Shown: positions 49,927-63,096 of the stretch, in pieces
Numbering within the stretch: the stretch's first letter is position 1
How the letters are laid out: each line of letters starts with the position of its first letter
Source: Lingula anatina
Lineage: Eukaryota > Animalia > Brachiopoda
DNA length: 64,000 nt
Direction of reading: 5' to 3'
NCBI GenBank assembly: GCA_051362555.1
Contig: CM120645.1
Location: forward strand, 11,470,001-11,534,000
Made by a program: the position numbers and the translations under genes
Notes under the pieces: generated by a model
The model's input: only the letters and a program-made list of their open reading frames with translations
What the model was told of the DNA's origin: nothing
Databases searched by the model: none

Positions 49927-50835
49927 TTTTGAAAATAATAATGCAATTGAAAGTTCAGACTCGAGTTACCTTTTCTTCCAAGTTTTCCTGTCTACTACTT
50001 TTTTTTTCTGCGATGACAATTATTACAAAATGTTCTTCAAATTTGGTTGCGTCAGGAGATTACTGTCAAGTTATTAGATGTCACGTGTCTGACGATTAAC
50101 TAGTTTTGCAGACGTTGATTGAAGAAAAGATAACTTTCCATGCAATATGCTCACGCAACTCCTATGTGAATATGGAGAAATGTGTTATAAAATTGACTAT
50201 GTATGCCGTGTCATATTAAATAGTGTTTGGCTCGCGGGAATGTATGGTGCGCGGATCCTGAAGCCTCAAGGTATTATATCCCCTTTATAGCTAAACATAA
50301 CACTATTGCCGGTTCATGTTTAAATGAGATATGGGAATGGCTTTTAATATTCAAACATATATACATTTCCGTCTATACATTTCCCTTCCTCTTCTGATCA
50401 CCATTTTTGTGCATACAGTCGCGTTCGACAGATGTCGTTCAACACATGTCTACCCTGCAGGCCCTATTTTGATTTTATTTGCGATTGTTCGAGTGGCTTT
50501 CCTTGGTTAAAAAGGATAATTGTTTTTATGAAAGTTGCCGAATTTTCGGCGACATTCAACCTACAAGTTTCAAACCATATTTTTGCTTTCATATTTACAG
50601 AGTGACTACGTTTGATTAGATTATATTCTCAAAAAACCTTTTTGTTAAATATTTTTCGGAGCTGTCCCGTTTGAATATAAGCCAGCTTTACAATCTAGTT
50701 TTTATTTTACAACTTGATATATTATCAAACCTTTTCCTCTTGGTATTCCTCTTATTATTATTATTAATATTATTATTTGCTTCTGCAGTTAAATCTATTA
50801 CAAAAAGTTTTTCTTTGGTTTCGTCAGGAGATTTA

Positions 50836-51345
50836 GGCTTCATTCACATGGAAAGTCTATTTTCTAAATTCTATTTTCTATTCGCAGTATGTTTAGTGAT
50901 CACGGTCTGTGCCCTGAATATCCCGCGGCGTAATTACTGGCAGCGCGAGCCAGTTACTTATACAAAGCTGTAATTAACTCTCGGCTGTGCTCGGAGGAGA
51001 TTCTGATACCTTTACGCATGCGCAGTAGGAATTTAGCAAGTTAATGGCGACCGCGATTGCTTTGAAAAATGTGTTTGTCGATTTTGTGCAGATTTCGCGT
51101 CTGTATGTTTGAATCGTCACACCTAAACCGATGAACTCCACAGCTTAGAGATACTACTGCGCATGCGTCAAGGTATCAGAATCTCCTCCGAGCACAGCCG
51201 AGAATTAATTACAGCTTTGTATAGTAACTGGCTCGCGCTGCCAGTAATCACGCCACGGGATATTCAGGGCACAGACCGTGATCACAAAACATACCGCGAA
51301 TAGAAAATAGAATTTAGAAAATAGACTTTCCATGTGAATGAAGCC
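50836..51345. mobile_element. 510 bp fold-back PIF/Harbinger-like MITE
   Basis: ggcttcattcacatggaaagtctattttc... with ~190 bp near-perfect inverted arms; flanked by TTA and TAA. Confidence 0.88.
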
Positions 51346-51503
51346 TAAGTTATTAAATGCCATGTTGCTGACTATTAACTAGTATTGCAGAGGTTAGAGG
51401 ATTTTTTTTTCAAGCAACAGAATCACACAGTCATAAAAACTGCTGTAAGCAAATTATTTTGCTCGAGGGACTATGTTTGGCAGATGTACTCCATGAAGCC
51501 TTA

Positions 51504-51925
51504 GGCCTCATTCACATGGAAAGGTAAAGGTATCAGAATCTCCTCCGAGCACAGCTGAGAGTTAATTACAGCTTTGTATAAGTAACTGGCTCACGCTGCC
51601 AGTAATTACACCGCGGGATATTCATAAACATACAGCCGCGGGATATTCATAAACATACAGACGCGAAATATGCACAAAATCGACAAACACATATTTCAAA
51701 GCAATCGCGGTCGCCATGAACTTGCTGAATTCCTACTGCGCATAAGTAAAGGTATCAGAATCTCCTCCGAGCACAGCCGAGAGTTAATTACAGCTTTGTA
51801 TACGTATCTGGCTCGCGCTGCCAGTAATTACGCCGCGGGATATTCAGGGCACAGACCGTGATCACTAAACATACCGCGAATAGAAAATAGAATTTAGAAA
51901 ATAGACTTTCCATGTGAATGAAGCC
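51504..51925. mobile_element. second, internally rearranged copy of the same Harbinger-like MITE
   Basis: Same termini and a perfect TTA duplication (51501-51503, 51926-51928). The interior is a deleted/duplicated version of the first copy. Confidence 0.85.
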
Positions 51926-52524
51926 TTAAGTTATTATATCCTCTTTGTGGCTAGGCATGACAGCAAATTATATTTTGGAATTTAACATTGTTCATTTGGA
52001 AAATATTTTGGTGTTGGAAAATCTAATACTTGTCCTCCAAGAGAAATATAAAATGTCTTTCAGTGTTTCTCTGTGGTCTTGTGTAAACCACCACATGCAT
52101 TTAGGAAAGCTTAAAAAGAAAACAATGCAGTTAATAAAACAAACACAGTGTTTAATACTAATCATGTAGAGTGCTTAGCAACATTCATTACTGTAGCTCA
52201 CATAGTACTTCATACTGTGCACCAAACAGGTTCTCCTGAGGTAACCATTACGTGCAAACAGGGTGAAAAATAATCCTTGCTATAAAATGAAAGCTAGAGA
52301 TTACAGTTTTCTGCATCCTCAAACAAACATACTGCTCTTAAGAAATAGATCTCAGGTTTTATGGCCATGTTGAAAACTGTTCTGTTAACCTTTATGGTTT
52401 CTGAAGGTAGGAAGCGTCCGCTCTTCCATGATTCCCTTCACACCAGAATCTGAGAGTTCTGCTGCTAACTTACACATTAAAAAAAAAAAAAATTGTATGA
52501 ACCCAGTTTGTGGACTTTTATTTG

Positions 52525-54586
52525 TTAAATAGGCCATTTCCACTGATCCTTCGGAGCATCTCCTAGGAGTGGTTCCCATGGTTGCCATATTAACATACGC
52601 CTGGCAAGTGATAGTTCATTTTTTGCCTAAAGAACAAAAGAAAAAAAATGGACAAAATAAAACTGATATGTACATGAAACACTGTTACAAATTTTGTACA
52701 GAGGTTCAGAGTTTGAAAATGTGCTTTGTTTAATTACTTAAAACTGCGTCATAACTGCACTCTGACATAAGAATCAAAGAACACTCTCTGATCAAATTTT
52801 TTTCAATGTCTTACTATTTTGTCAAAGTCTAGATTTTTTCCTCAGAAACACATAATGAAATACAACGCATAAACCTTTTTGTTTTCAGTCCTAAATGTGT
52901 GCCTTTGCTATAATCAAGAGTGGGTTTTTATCAATTTATATTCCAGGACAGAAGACATAACACATTAGCTTGCTTATCAAATTCTACCAGATGCTTAAGA
53001 CAATCTACTTGACTAAAAGTAAACTTATCTAAAATATCTGGATAACATTTTTCTCCATTAAATACGATCATGAACTTGTGTAAAATTAATTAAGGACTGC
53101 AAATAAATACAAATAAAATGCATGATTGCTGCCTAAAAGCCCATTCTTACCTGTACAATAATTTCTTCTATTTGACCACAATTAATTTTCTTTTCTATCT
53201 GAATGATGTCTTCAGTCTGAAATAAAATGAAGATAAATATTGTCCTATTGGAACCTCAGCAATCTACTGTTCCCTACATAAGACAGAAAGCAAGTGTATA
53301 ACAACACCCAAACTTATGTCAGCATAATTATCATGGCTAACCATAACTTTTAAATTATAAGGTTACTACTACAGTAACTACTTCTAGTTGATTACTATAA
53401 TAAATTACCACTAAAAATAATAATAATAATAACTAAGTTCTTTAAAATGTCCTCCCCAACCTCGCTTTTACTACCACATTAGAATTATTTCTAAATTCAT
53501 TTATATTATGCATATTATGTTACGAAATAAAAGTTTGTTGAGCTCCAGGTGCAAGATATATTGAGCTAGCTGTTATGATGCAAACCAGGAGCGGATTTAG
53601 GCCGTCTTCTGGGTCTTCCGGAAGACGGTCAGATTTTCAAGTTTACATTGATGGGTACATCTGTTGGATTAGGAAGTTTAAATCTTATACCAACTTAAAC
53701 ACAGATGACACCAAGAAGATCAGAGCCAGTAAATGACTGAAAAACCTCACATATACTTACAGATTTAACTATATCTACCCTATGTTTTAAAATTTTTTCT
53801 GTGTTTTTTCTATATGCGGCACTGGCTGGCATTTTTTCCAGTGATTCAAAGGTCAAACCATAGAGATGCAACAACATCTGCAAAATAAAGTAATAATCAT
53901 AAAAATTATATGCAACTCAGTTAATATGCTTAAATTTACATCTGTATAAGAACAGCATAAAGGCTAGAAGTATTGATAATGGTACTTGAAAATAGATAAA
54001 TATCTGTACTTTCCTCAGTACTAGTAAGTCATATCAATGACCTGTCAAGGGCACTGAATTACTGCAGCCTGATTACTATTGTTAAAAATATTGATTTGAT
54101 CAAACTGTTTTTAAGTTTGACAGCAGCAAATAAATTATAATAATCATAATGTATTGTGTACAATTAATGTACTAAAACCATTGTGACATGACTTTATTTC
54201 AAGATTTGGTAAATCAAATTACTAGTACATCAACTACTGTAAGGACATACAAATCGATACATACCTTTCTTGGGTTTTGTGATACAGGTAGACCTGTAAG
54301 GCCAGTTGACTGAAATATAGTATAAAAACAGAATATTAAATTGTTTCCATAGTCAAAGTAGAACTTTTATCACAAAGGCATGAACAAAATACCGTGGCAC
54401 AGCATTATTATGGGCAAAATTGTTTTTAAAAATTCACTATAATTAACTAGCATCTCACTTTATTATGACATATTATTACATTAAGTTAATCAAAATTGTT
54501 TTCAATGTTAAATCGTTCTCTAAAATTGTTGTCAAGTGGTTTGTAAGACATTAAATACTTACGGCTTTCAAAATTCTAGCAGCCAT
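52525..54586 (-). CDS. NDUFA5: NADH dehydrogenase (ubiquinone) 1 alpha subcomplex subunit 5, 117 aa
   Basis: Exons 54586-54563, 54309-54265, 53877-53761, 53216-53151, 52626-52525. STGLTGLPV...[12 protein letters not shown]...[34 protein letters not shown]...QWKWPI*. Confidence 0.95.
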
Positions 54587-55116
54587 TTTGGCCTTCTCCC
54601 TTGAAGTGAATGTATTGGCTGTAGCTTGCAGCAGTATCCTATCAGGCTACAAGCTGACCGTAATATGTCATCTCAAGCCAAACATTAAATGTCATCTCAG
54701 GCCACAGAGTTTACACCGAACTTTCCTGTCATTAGGAATCTACACACACTAAATTTTATATCAGTAACTTCAATATCTTGTTTCGATTAATGTAATACCG
54801 GGAAGTATAATGAAAACCAGTATTTTGGGCAGATCATTCACAATCATATGTAATCTTCACAGTTTCTTAAAGATGGCGATGTGCCAAGACAAGATAGACC
54901 AAAACGAGAAATTCATACTTAAACTTTTCATTTCCCATTTCATCGATTGTAATTTGTTATGATATAGAGGGATTTATAGATTAAAATGTCTAACTATATT
55001 CAGACATAGATAAAATACAGGAAGTCCACGTTAAGTTTTTTTGGTTACAGCGACACCTGTTGACCAGATAAATTTATTGGTGGGAAAACATTGTTGGACG
55101 AAAATTGATCTTGGAA
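54587..55116. promoter_or_regulatory. probable bidirectional promoter NDUFA5 / ZZ-EF-hand gene
   Basis: Divergent genes. YY1-like AAGATGGCG (~54870) and ETS-like CCGGGAAGT (~54798). Candidate non-coding exon donor GAA|GTAAGT at ~55116. Confidence 0.45.
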
Positions 55117-55280
55117 GTAAGTTTCTCAATTGCCATCTTTTCTGCTTTGTTGTTCTCGTGATTAACTCACTAGTCATACTTTTAAACTTAGTGAGGGTAT
55201 GTTTTCATTAAGTACAAGAGATAATTCATTAATACACACACACATTTAAACACATTTTGTCCACTGTCTATATTCCAGCC

Positions 55281-56268
55281 ATGCCAGGTGGACTTGGTTC
55301 TCAGCAGTTTCAAAGCATGGCTGCAGGGGCCCTAGCAGGGGCTGCCTCTGTCTTTCTCACCTACCAGGCATATTGTTACTATAGACGCACGCATATACAT
55401 AGTCAACAGAGAGGGAATCCACGTACAGAGCCGCTGGACACGGAAATGGATATTGTGGGACAAAATACTAGTGAGATGTTTTTGAAATGAAAATGATGAA
55501 TGTATGATGAAATAAAATGTGGGATAATAAAGTCAGGTTCATGTCAAACTTTGAAAGTATCAGCAGTAAGTAGATTAACAGTTTAACTGGTATGTGCCCA
55601 GTCTGTTACTGTCATAGGGAAATAAATGCCAAGCACAAAGACCTTTCTGACATTTTAAAATTCAAACTACAGTGGGGCCTTTAAACATTGTTCACAATAT
55701 TTGTTATAAGATTACTATTGCTCTTTTGTATTGAATAAAAAAAACGTGAATGTAATAACTAAGTTAAATAAAAATTTCAGATCTTTCTGAGAGCATGATG
55801 GAATCTCCACAGGCTTCAAGAACACTGCATATACTTAACTCGCCTCCCAGACATGCAGATGGATTGATGCCAGTTCTCCCAGAATCTCAGAAAGGAGAGG
55901 CGCAGGCGTTGCTTCACCTTCTGTATCACATAGCAGAAGATCAGGGGAGACTTGGTATGACACAGGTTTTATTATGTGCTTTTGAAAGACATTATTATAA
56001 GTTTTTGAAACAAGAGTAGAGAAATTTTAACAATGTAAGTTCTTCCAACATTTAGTGGAAGCTTATTAACTCTGATTTTTTAGCTGTTGTTGGAAGAACC
56101 TTTCATCATAAGCTTTGTATAAGTATAAAATTGAAAGTATTTTGTCTTGCATCCAGATGGCTATGTTCACAGGGGGATCACGTGTAACCTCTGTGGCCAG
56201 AGTCCTGTGTGTGGAACCAGGTTCAAGGTGAGTGAGTTGTCTAGAAGCATCGTATACACACACACATG

Positions 56269-56310
<42 letters not shown>

Positions 56311-59300
56311 ATCGCGTGTGGATGACACCGTAGGGCCTGATTATGACTGATAAAAATTGTCAAAAATAAAGAGCAGGTAACATTATGAATTCTTGTAAGC
56401 GTAACTTCTTTTATTTCAATTTATTCATACGCGAGTCATGTGGTGCATCGTATAATCAAATTAGTGCTCATAAGTCATCACAATATTATAACCAAGTAGT
56501 TGAACACTACAATTAGCTACACAGGTTCCAGGTGCTTGTATTATTCAGTAGCTACACTATGTAGGAAAGTGATAACTTTCTGTTCCCAATAGAAAAAAAT
56601 ACTTAGTACATTTTGTACACGAACTATAATTAAAAAGTAAGAAAAATATGTTTACATGTTGAGGACCAGAATAGTTTTATAGTTTTACATGATTTGTGCA
56701 ATTGTGTTTCATTGTTTACTTTGGAATTCTTTTTAAATGCAATTGTTTTTTCATCTGGATTGATATAAATGTTGTGTTTCAGTGTGCCAACTGTATCGAC
56801 TATGACGTCTGTGAGAGATGTGAACCCAAAGATTTACACAACAAAACCCATTTATTCATCAAGATCCGCATCCCTCTACCACCTCTTGCCAACCCTAGGA
56901 TGCCTTTGTTTAAACCCCTCTATCCAGGTATATATGTTCAATTTCAATTTCAATTTATTTCTGTACTGGTACATAAATAATCATGACCTTGTAGAATAAA
57001 ATATAATAAAAATAATAATAATAATAATATTGGTGCATTATCATTCTCTTATTGGTAATTGGATTACCTGTTTGTGAATGAAGAAGTATATATCTTTATA
57101 TATATTGACAATAGTGCTGACATCTGCTGGCCAAATAGATATTTTGATACTTGAAACTGTGCTGCCATCTGGTAGTCAATTAATGATATTTTATTGCTCA
57201 GCACTGCTGCCTGCTTAATGTTTGGTTTGAATGCATGTATGTCTTCAGAGCTGGCCAGTTTCAATACTTGGGTCACATAACATCATAAAATAACTGAAAA
57301 CAAACTCTTAATGTTTTACCGCTCTTTTTCCAGGAAAGGAATATAATGTTGTGAAACTTAACAAAGAAGAAATATCCATTTTTAAAAAAGAGACTTTATG
57401 TAAGTACTGGTATCTTTCCCTTGGCACAGCTCATGATAAAGGTGACAATATTTAAAAAAGCTGACAGCAGTTAATGTTAATGGTCTATTTCAACATTTGC
57501 TTGATGCTTAGGTTTTCATTTGGATAATTATTGATAACATGATATTAAATGGATTCTTTTTACTTATTTTTGATTTTTTCTTTCATTTAATGCCCTCTGT
57601 TCTAGATTTAGGCTTTTAACATAGAAGTGCATTTTCTCTCTTCTGCTGTGTGTGATTGTGTACCCTCTGCAAACTTAAAAAATAATCTTTTCTTTGATGT
57701 AAATCTTCAGTTGACCAACATGAGCTGGAGTCCCTGTACGACCAGTATAAGTCCCTGTGTACAACAGAGAGGGGGATAACAAGGGATGTCTTCGACCAGT
57801 GCCTCGGTCCACTTGCGTCCACTAAAAACCTGGTAATGGACAGGATGTTTAAGGTAAGGTCATGGCGTACTCGTCAGCAGGCAAAGTCTTATCATAGGAA
57901 AAGGGATTTTGTCGTCCAATATCAATATCAAAGACATAAAAAAAGAAAAAAAAAACAATATAACCTTATTTATCTTATATATATCTATCTGTCTCTCAGT
58001 CTGTCTACTTGTCTTTTTTCCAGCTGATTTTTTGTAAAATCCAAAATTAACATAATTTTAAAATGAATTGATTATGAGTTATCCATTTAATTTAATTTAT
58101 TTATTGTAGTTTTTCTCTTACTCGACTAATTTCAGTTTTATGATCGTAATGATGACAAGTACATAGACTTTCATGAGATGGTCACTGGGATGTCCATACT
58201 GGTTAAGGGAACCAAGATGGACAAGCTGCCTTGTAAGTGAATGGAGAAAGTGATAATTATTTCACATCACATTCTTATTTTAATTTTTTTTTTTTTCGCA
58301 TTTAACACCCCTGGTATTATACTCTGTACTCTGTAAAAGGTAGAGACTAAATTTGCTAAATAAAGATAAATTTGTGGGATTGGTAGCCTATTTATGTAAG
58401 ATTTATGTAATGAAAAATGAATTAATTGAGTAAAAGGTGAAATATTACTTGGATGCTAATTTTTAGAGATCTTATTTATTTATTTATTGATTGATTGATT
58501 GATTGTAAATGTTTATGTTTAGATGCCTTTGAAGGCTATGACTTGGAAAACAAAGGGTCCATCAGCAAGGAAAACCTTAGGAGAATGTTCAAGGTTTGGC
58601 TAATAAAATAGTTTTTCCTTTACTTGGGAACATAATTATTCATATCACATCATATTTAAGCAATAACAATTTCTTTTCATTCAATTCTAAATTAAATATT
58701 ATATTATTTTTTGATCAAAAAGAATGAAAACGTGCTATATCTACACATTTAAGACTAATTCAGTGGAAAAATATAAACTTGACAAAATAGAAAAATGATA
58801 GCTGAAGTGAGTTTCAAATTGGCTAGAATAACAGTCATTTAAAGGCCACTTTTCCAATGTGTGATATATTAATCTGTATCAACAAGTTATGTTCAGACAC
58901 CTTGTCGCAACACCGATAAGAATACCATGCAATAGGAAAAGGGCCTAACATAGATTTAAGTGAAAAATTAGGATCGTTATCTATTGTTCATTTAAGACTA
59001 TAATAATATGATAATGTTAGCATTATTCGAACATATTCTTCAGGCTTATTTCAACATAACCATAGAACTAGTGCGAGATGTAGTCAAGGCCTGTGAGGAG
59101 GAGATGGTACGTAGAATATATCACTTGAGTCTGAATGCCATATATATTAAGACATCTTTTAAAAAATTGATAACATGATTATCAACCTTAGAATTTGTGG
59201 TGAACTGGATATAGTTATGTTCACGTTTTGGATTATTTAAAAGTCATGGTAAGAAAAAGAAAGTGAAGACAGCATGGTGATATCTGATTTATAATAAGTA

Positions 59301-60397
59301 TTTATGTTTTTACTCCTCACCAGTAGATCTGAAATACCATAATGAAATAGCAGACTTGAACACAATTCAGCAAAGAAAAGTTCAACCAAATAAAACAAAT
59401 ATAACATATTATTTCACACTCTAGATGGCAAACTTCGATGACAGTTCTGGCAAGCCAGTGTCAGCTCTGTTCAGTGCCCCTATTCCAATCGAGAGCACAA
59501 ACAACAACATCCCTAGTAAACAACCATTTCCCGGGAACCCAGGAGGAAGGTGGGTATTGGCCTGAAGTAATGTTTTTATCTATATAAAATGACAAATAAT
59601 ATCAAAGCAGCCATTGCAACTCGGGCAAGCAATGCATAGCATATACTGTGGGTGTAAAAAGTGTTGGGAATATTAAAGTAAAATGCATGTCTTTATGTAG
59701 GTTATTTTAAAGTCCCTCTACAAATTTCATTCTAAAATGTCAGTAAAAACTCTTGAATGAGATTTCAAGGTTGCAACTTGCCACAGAATAAGACATTTTG
59801 TGTGCCATTGTCAATGGCAGTGAAATAAATTGATTTTAATAAATGATTCATTTGCCATGTGTTGTCATTGAAGATGGTTTATCTATGAAATGTCTTCTAA
59901 TTTCAAACCAATTGCCAGATGACAGTGAGTAAAAATGTTGGTTTGTTGTTTATTTGAACATCTTTGTCTTATCTAGGGAGACAATGTGGCCAGTGATGGA
60001 AGCAATGTCCCAGGATGCAATAGAAGAAATGGTGGACAACATCTTTAAGATGGCAAAGCTTCTAGATGGACACAGGTAATTTTATAGCAGTAATCCTCTC
60101 TCTTTAAAATGAATGATTATTCAATAAAGAATGATTTTTTTTCTTTTTTAAGGTAGTTTCACCTATTTTATTCTGATTTGCAATTTGCAACCTTTTCTGA
60201 AATCAAAATTTTGCCCCTGGCATTAAAAACATTTCATTGCATGATCAAATCTTAACATTTGTGGATTAAGGGAAAAAAAGAAATTGGCTATATTGTTTCT
60301 TCTTTATTTCAGGATGCCATTTAGCAAATTTAAAGAGATAACTCTTCAGGACGGCTCCTTGTGTGCCTGGTTTGATGCTCTTGGAACTGTCTTCTGA
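55281..60397 (+). CDS. N-terminally anchored ZZ-type zinc finger + NCS-like EF-hand protein (~442 aa)
   Basis: Exons 55281-55470, 55781-55954, 56157-56227, 56783-56927, 57334-57399, 57711-57853, 58136-58232, 58523-58593, 59044-59106, 59425-59549, 59977-60075, 60313-60397 join in frame (1329 nt). TM-like AAGALAGAASVFLTYQAYCYY; ZZ finger HRGITCNLC..RFKCANCIDYDVCERC..HNKTH; EF loops DRNDDKYIDFHE and DLENKGSISKEN. Confidence 0.9.
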
Positions 60398-60685
60398 TGA
60401 CCACACGATGACCAATCACTGACCATAGGACACTTGGTGACCAGTCACTAACCATAGGACATTTGATGACCAGTCACTAATCATTGAACACTTGGTGACC
60501 AGTCACTGACCATAGGACACTTGGTGACCAGTCACTGACCATAAGCACTTGGTGACCAGTCACTGACCATAGGACACTTGGTGACCATTCACTGACCATA
60601 GGACACTTGTTGACCAGTCACACTGACCATAGGACACTTGGTGACCATTCACTGACCATAGGACACTTGATGACCAGGCACTGAA
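60398..60685. repeat. 29 bp minisatellite, ~9-10 copies, immediately after the stop codon
   Basis: Unit gaccagtcactgaccataggacacttggt with small variants and no spacers. Confidence 0.9.
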
Positions 60686-62484
60686 CAGGCGGAATCAAGT
60701 GAGACATTGTAAAAGCTAATTGTACTTTAACATCTATTTCTTGGTAAATATAGGATTATGATCTCAGTTTTCTTGGCCTGGTTGGCAGGAACATAAAAAG
60801 TTGTTATTACTAGATAAATGAGTTTGTAGGACAAGGAATCTCAAAAACATACTTCCTTTAATATCTTCTATTTGTATCTAAATTAAAAAATTTTTGACTA
60901 TGTCAGACATTCATTTTTGCTTTAATGTCAGTCTGTAGGAAATTTCATTTCCTGCAAAAAGAAGAAAATGGTATCCGCAGACTGTTATAAATATACAGTT
61001 AATGGGCTTTGCCGACTTTACTGAATACACTGTTAATGCACTTCCCCAACATCAGAAGCCCTGTATTGAATATTAAATGAACTTAGTATTGTTCTGTGAG
61101 GAGTCCTGTGGTAGTAAAGGAAATGAATGGATGCATTTCTACAGATACATTGGTTACTTAATTACTTCCTTTGATTATCATTATTTGTAATCTTTGGGTC
61201 ACTCTTTTCCAAAAAGAAAAAAGAAGCACTACACATTTTTGTAGCAGCAGAATCACTGATGAGATTGAAATGTTGAGTCTAGTTTCAGAGCCCCCCCCCC
61301 CCCTCATTTACTGAATTTAAAAAGAATGATAAAAATTGTTAATATTCAAACATCAAAAATACGAAATTGAACTACTTTTCAGGTCTCCCTTTTATTTTAA
61401 CAATAGATTGTTAGATTAAAATGGCACAAATTACAATTTTAACCAGAAAAGATTGTAATTCCCATTGGATATTGTGGTGTGGTAATTACAGGGGGTCTGT
61501 AGTGATAGGCTTTTTGAACACCACATGAGATTTTCCCCCACAGGATGAGGACCCTGTTGTTCATCACAATCAATACTAACTGCCACAGTCTTGTGCAAAG
61601 ACCAGATTTTTCAACATAGCTTTACATGGTTGGTAATTGGATTTCTGATTTTGGCCTTTCTGAAAAAAAGTTGGATAAAAAAGAGGGCATGCATGGAAAG
61701 GAATATATATTTTTAATATTTATTATTTAAGATTTTTTTCTCATTTAAATCCATGAAATATTGAAGAAATTCCGAAGCATACAATAATGTTATCTTCTGA
61801 CTTAAGCCTATAATTTTGCCACCCGTCTTTTGAGCAGTGGTCACACCCACCACCATATATTTTTATCATTGTTCTAGTTCTTAAAATAACAAGGGCCTCA
61901 CACTTGCTGTGATACACTTAAGCAACATGAAATTTGCAATAAAAACATATTGATCAGACTAGGACCAGTTAAAAGGGAAATGATAATCAACAGTCAGTGA
62001 ACTTAGCTTTGACTATTTTTGACAAAGAGAATAATTTAAAATCCATACATCACGTTTATACTGCTAAATATGTCATGCCAACAGATAATTTTTGGGTGCC
62101 TTCAACTATGCCAAGTTCCAGGAAATATTAAGTGGGAATCCCATTGGGTGAGAAAATTGAACAGTTCGGTCATTTGATAATAATTACAGTCAGTGTGTGC
62201 AGTAATCCAGTGAATTGATATATACCGTTGTCCAAAGGTCTGTTGTCGGAATGTGTACTGACATGGCAATACCAACTGTAGAAAGTAATAGTAACAAAAA
62301 TAAAAAAAATTCTTTGGAGCATTCAAGTATCCTGCTGATATCAGATTATCAAAAGAGTTATTATATTTGTTATTTATTTGTTTGTTTGTTTATGTAACAT
62401 TGTGTACAGTTCTGTACATGTTAGATGAATTCACTCTGTTTTTGTAGTTAGCTGTCAGTAAGTATTCAGACATAAGTTTAAAAT

Positions 62485-62683
62485 GTGTGATGTCATATCT
62501 TGTGATTTTGATGTCACAATATTGCCAGTGCCTACAGTGTGATGTCACATCTTGTTTCTGTGATGTCACAATATTGCCAGTGCCTACAGTGTGATGTCAC
62601 ATCTTGTTTCTGTGATGTCACAATATTGCCAGTGCCTACAGTGTGATGTCACATCTTGTTTCTGTGATGTCACAATATTGCCA
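62485..62683. repeat. 52 bp tandem repeat, ~4 copies
   Basis: gtgtgatgtcacatcttgtttctgtgatgtcacaatattgccagtgcctaca, with units starting at 62537, 62589 and 62641. Confidence 0.9.
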
Positions 62684-63045
62684 ATGTCTGTTGAGAGACA
62701 TCATTTTTACTAGCCCTTCTAATGTGTTGTGTCAAAGACATTGACAGTTTTGTAAATATGTCACATGCTTGTGTTTTTTGTACAGGCATTGTATTGTCTG
62801 TATGATTTGTAAGTAGTTCATATGTTGTACATAGACCTCTCAAAGGCTGTGTGAAGGGGGAAAATGCACCTTGTGATATTTGAATTTAAACTATATTTTG
62901 ATATTGATTTAAAATGTGTAATTTATTTTGACATGTGAATAATATCAAGGAATTTTCAAACAGTGTTCTGTGTTAATTTCATTATCCTTGGCACAATCAG
63001 TGCTTCAATTTTTAAAACAAGAATGGAGACAACCACAGAATGGTG

Positions 63046-63096
<51 letters not shown>

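Noticed and set aside
55281-60397. Horizontal transfer from fungi as the origin of the ZZ-EF-hand gene
   Set aside because: The intron-rich structure and host-like composition give no support. Ancient retention with losses is simpler unless phylogeny shows otherwise.
60398-60685. 29-bp repeats superficially like a CRISPR array
   Set aside because: Units are contiguous with no unique spacers, there are no cas genes, and the context is eukaryotic.
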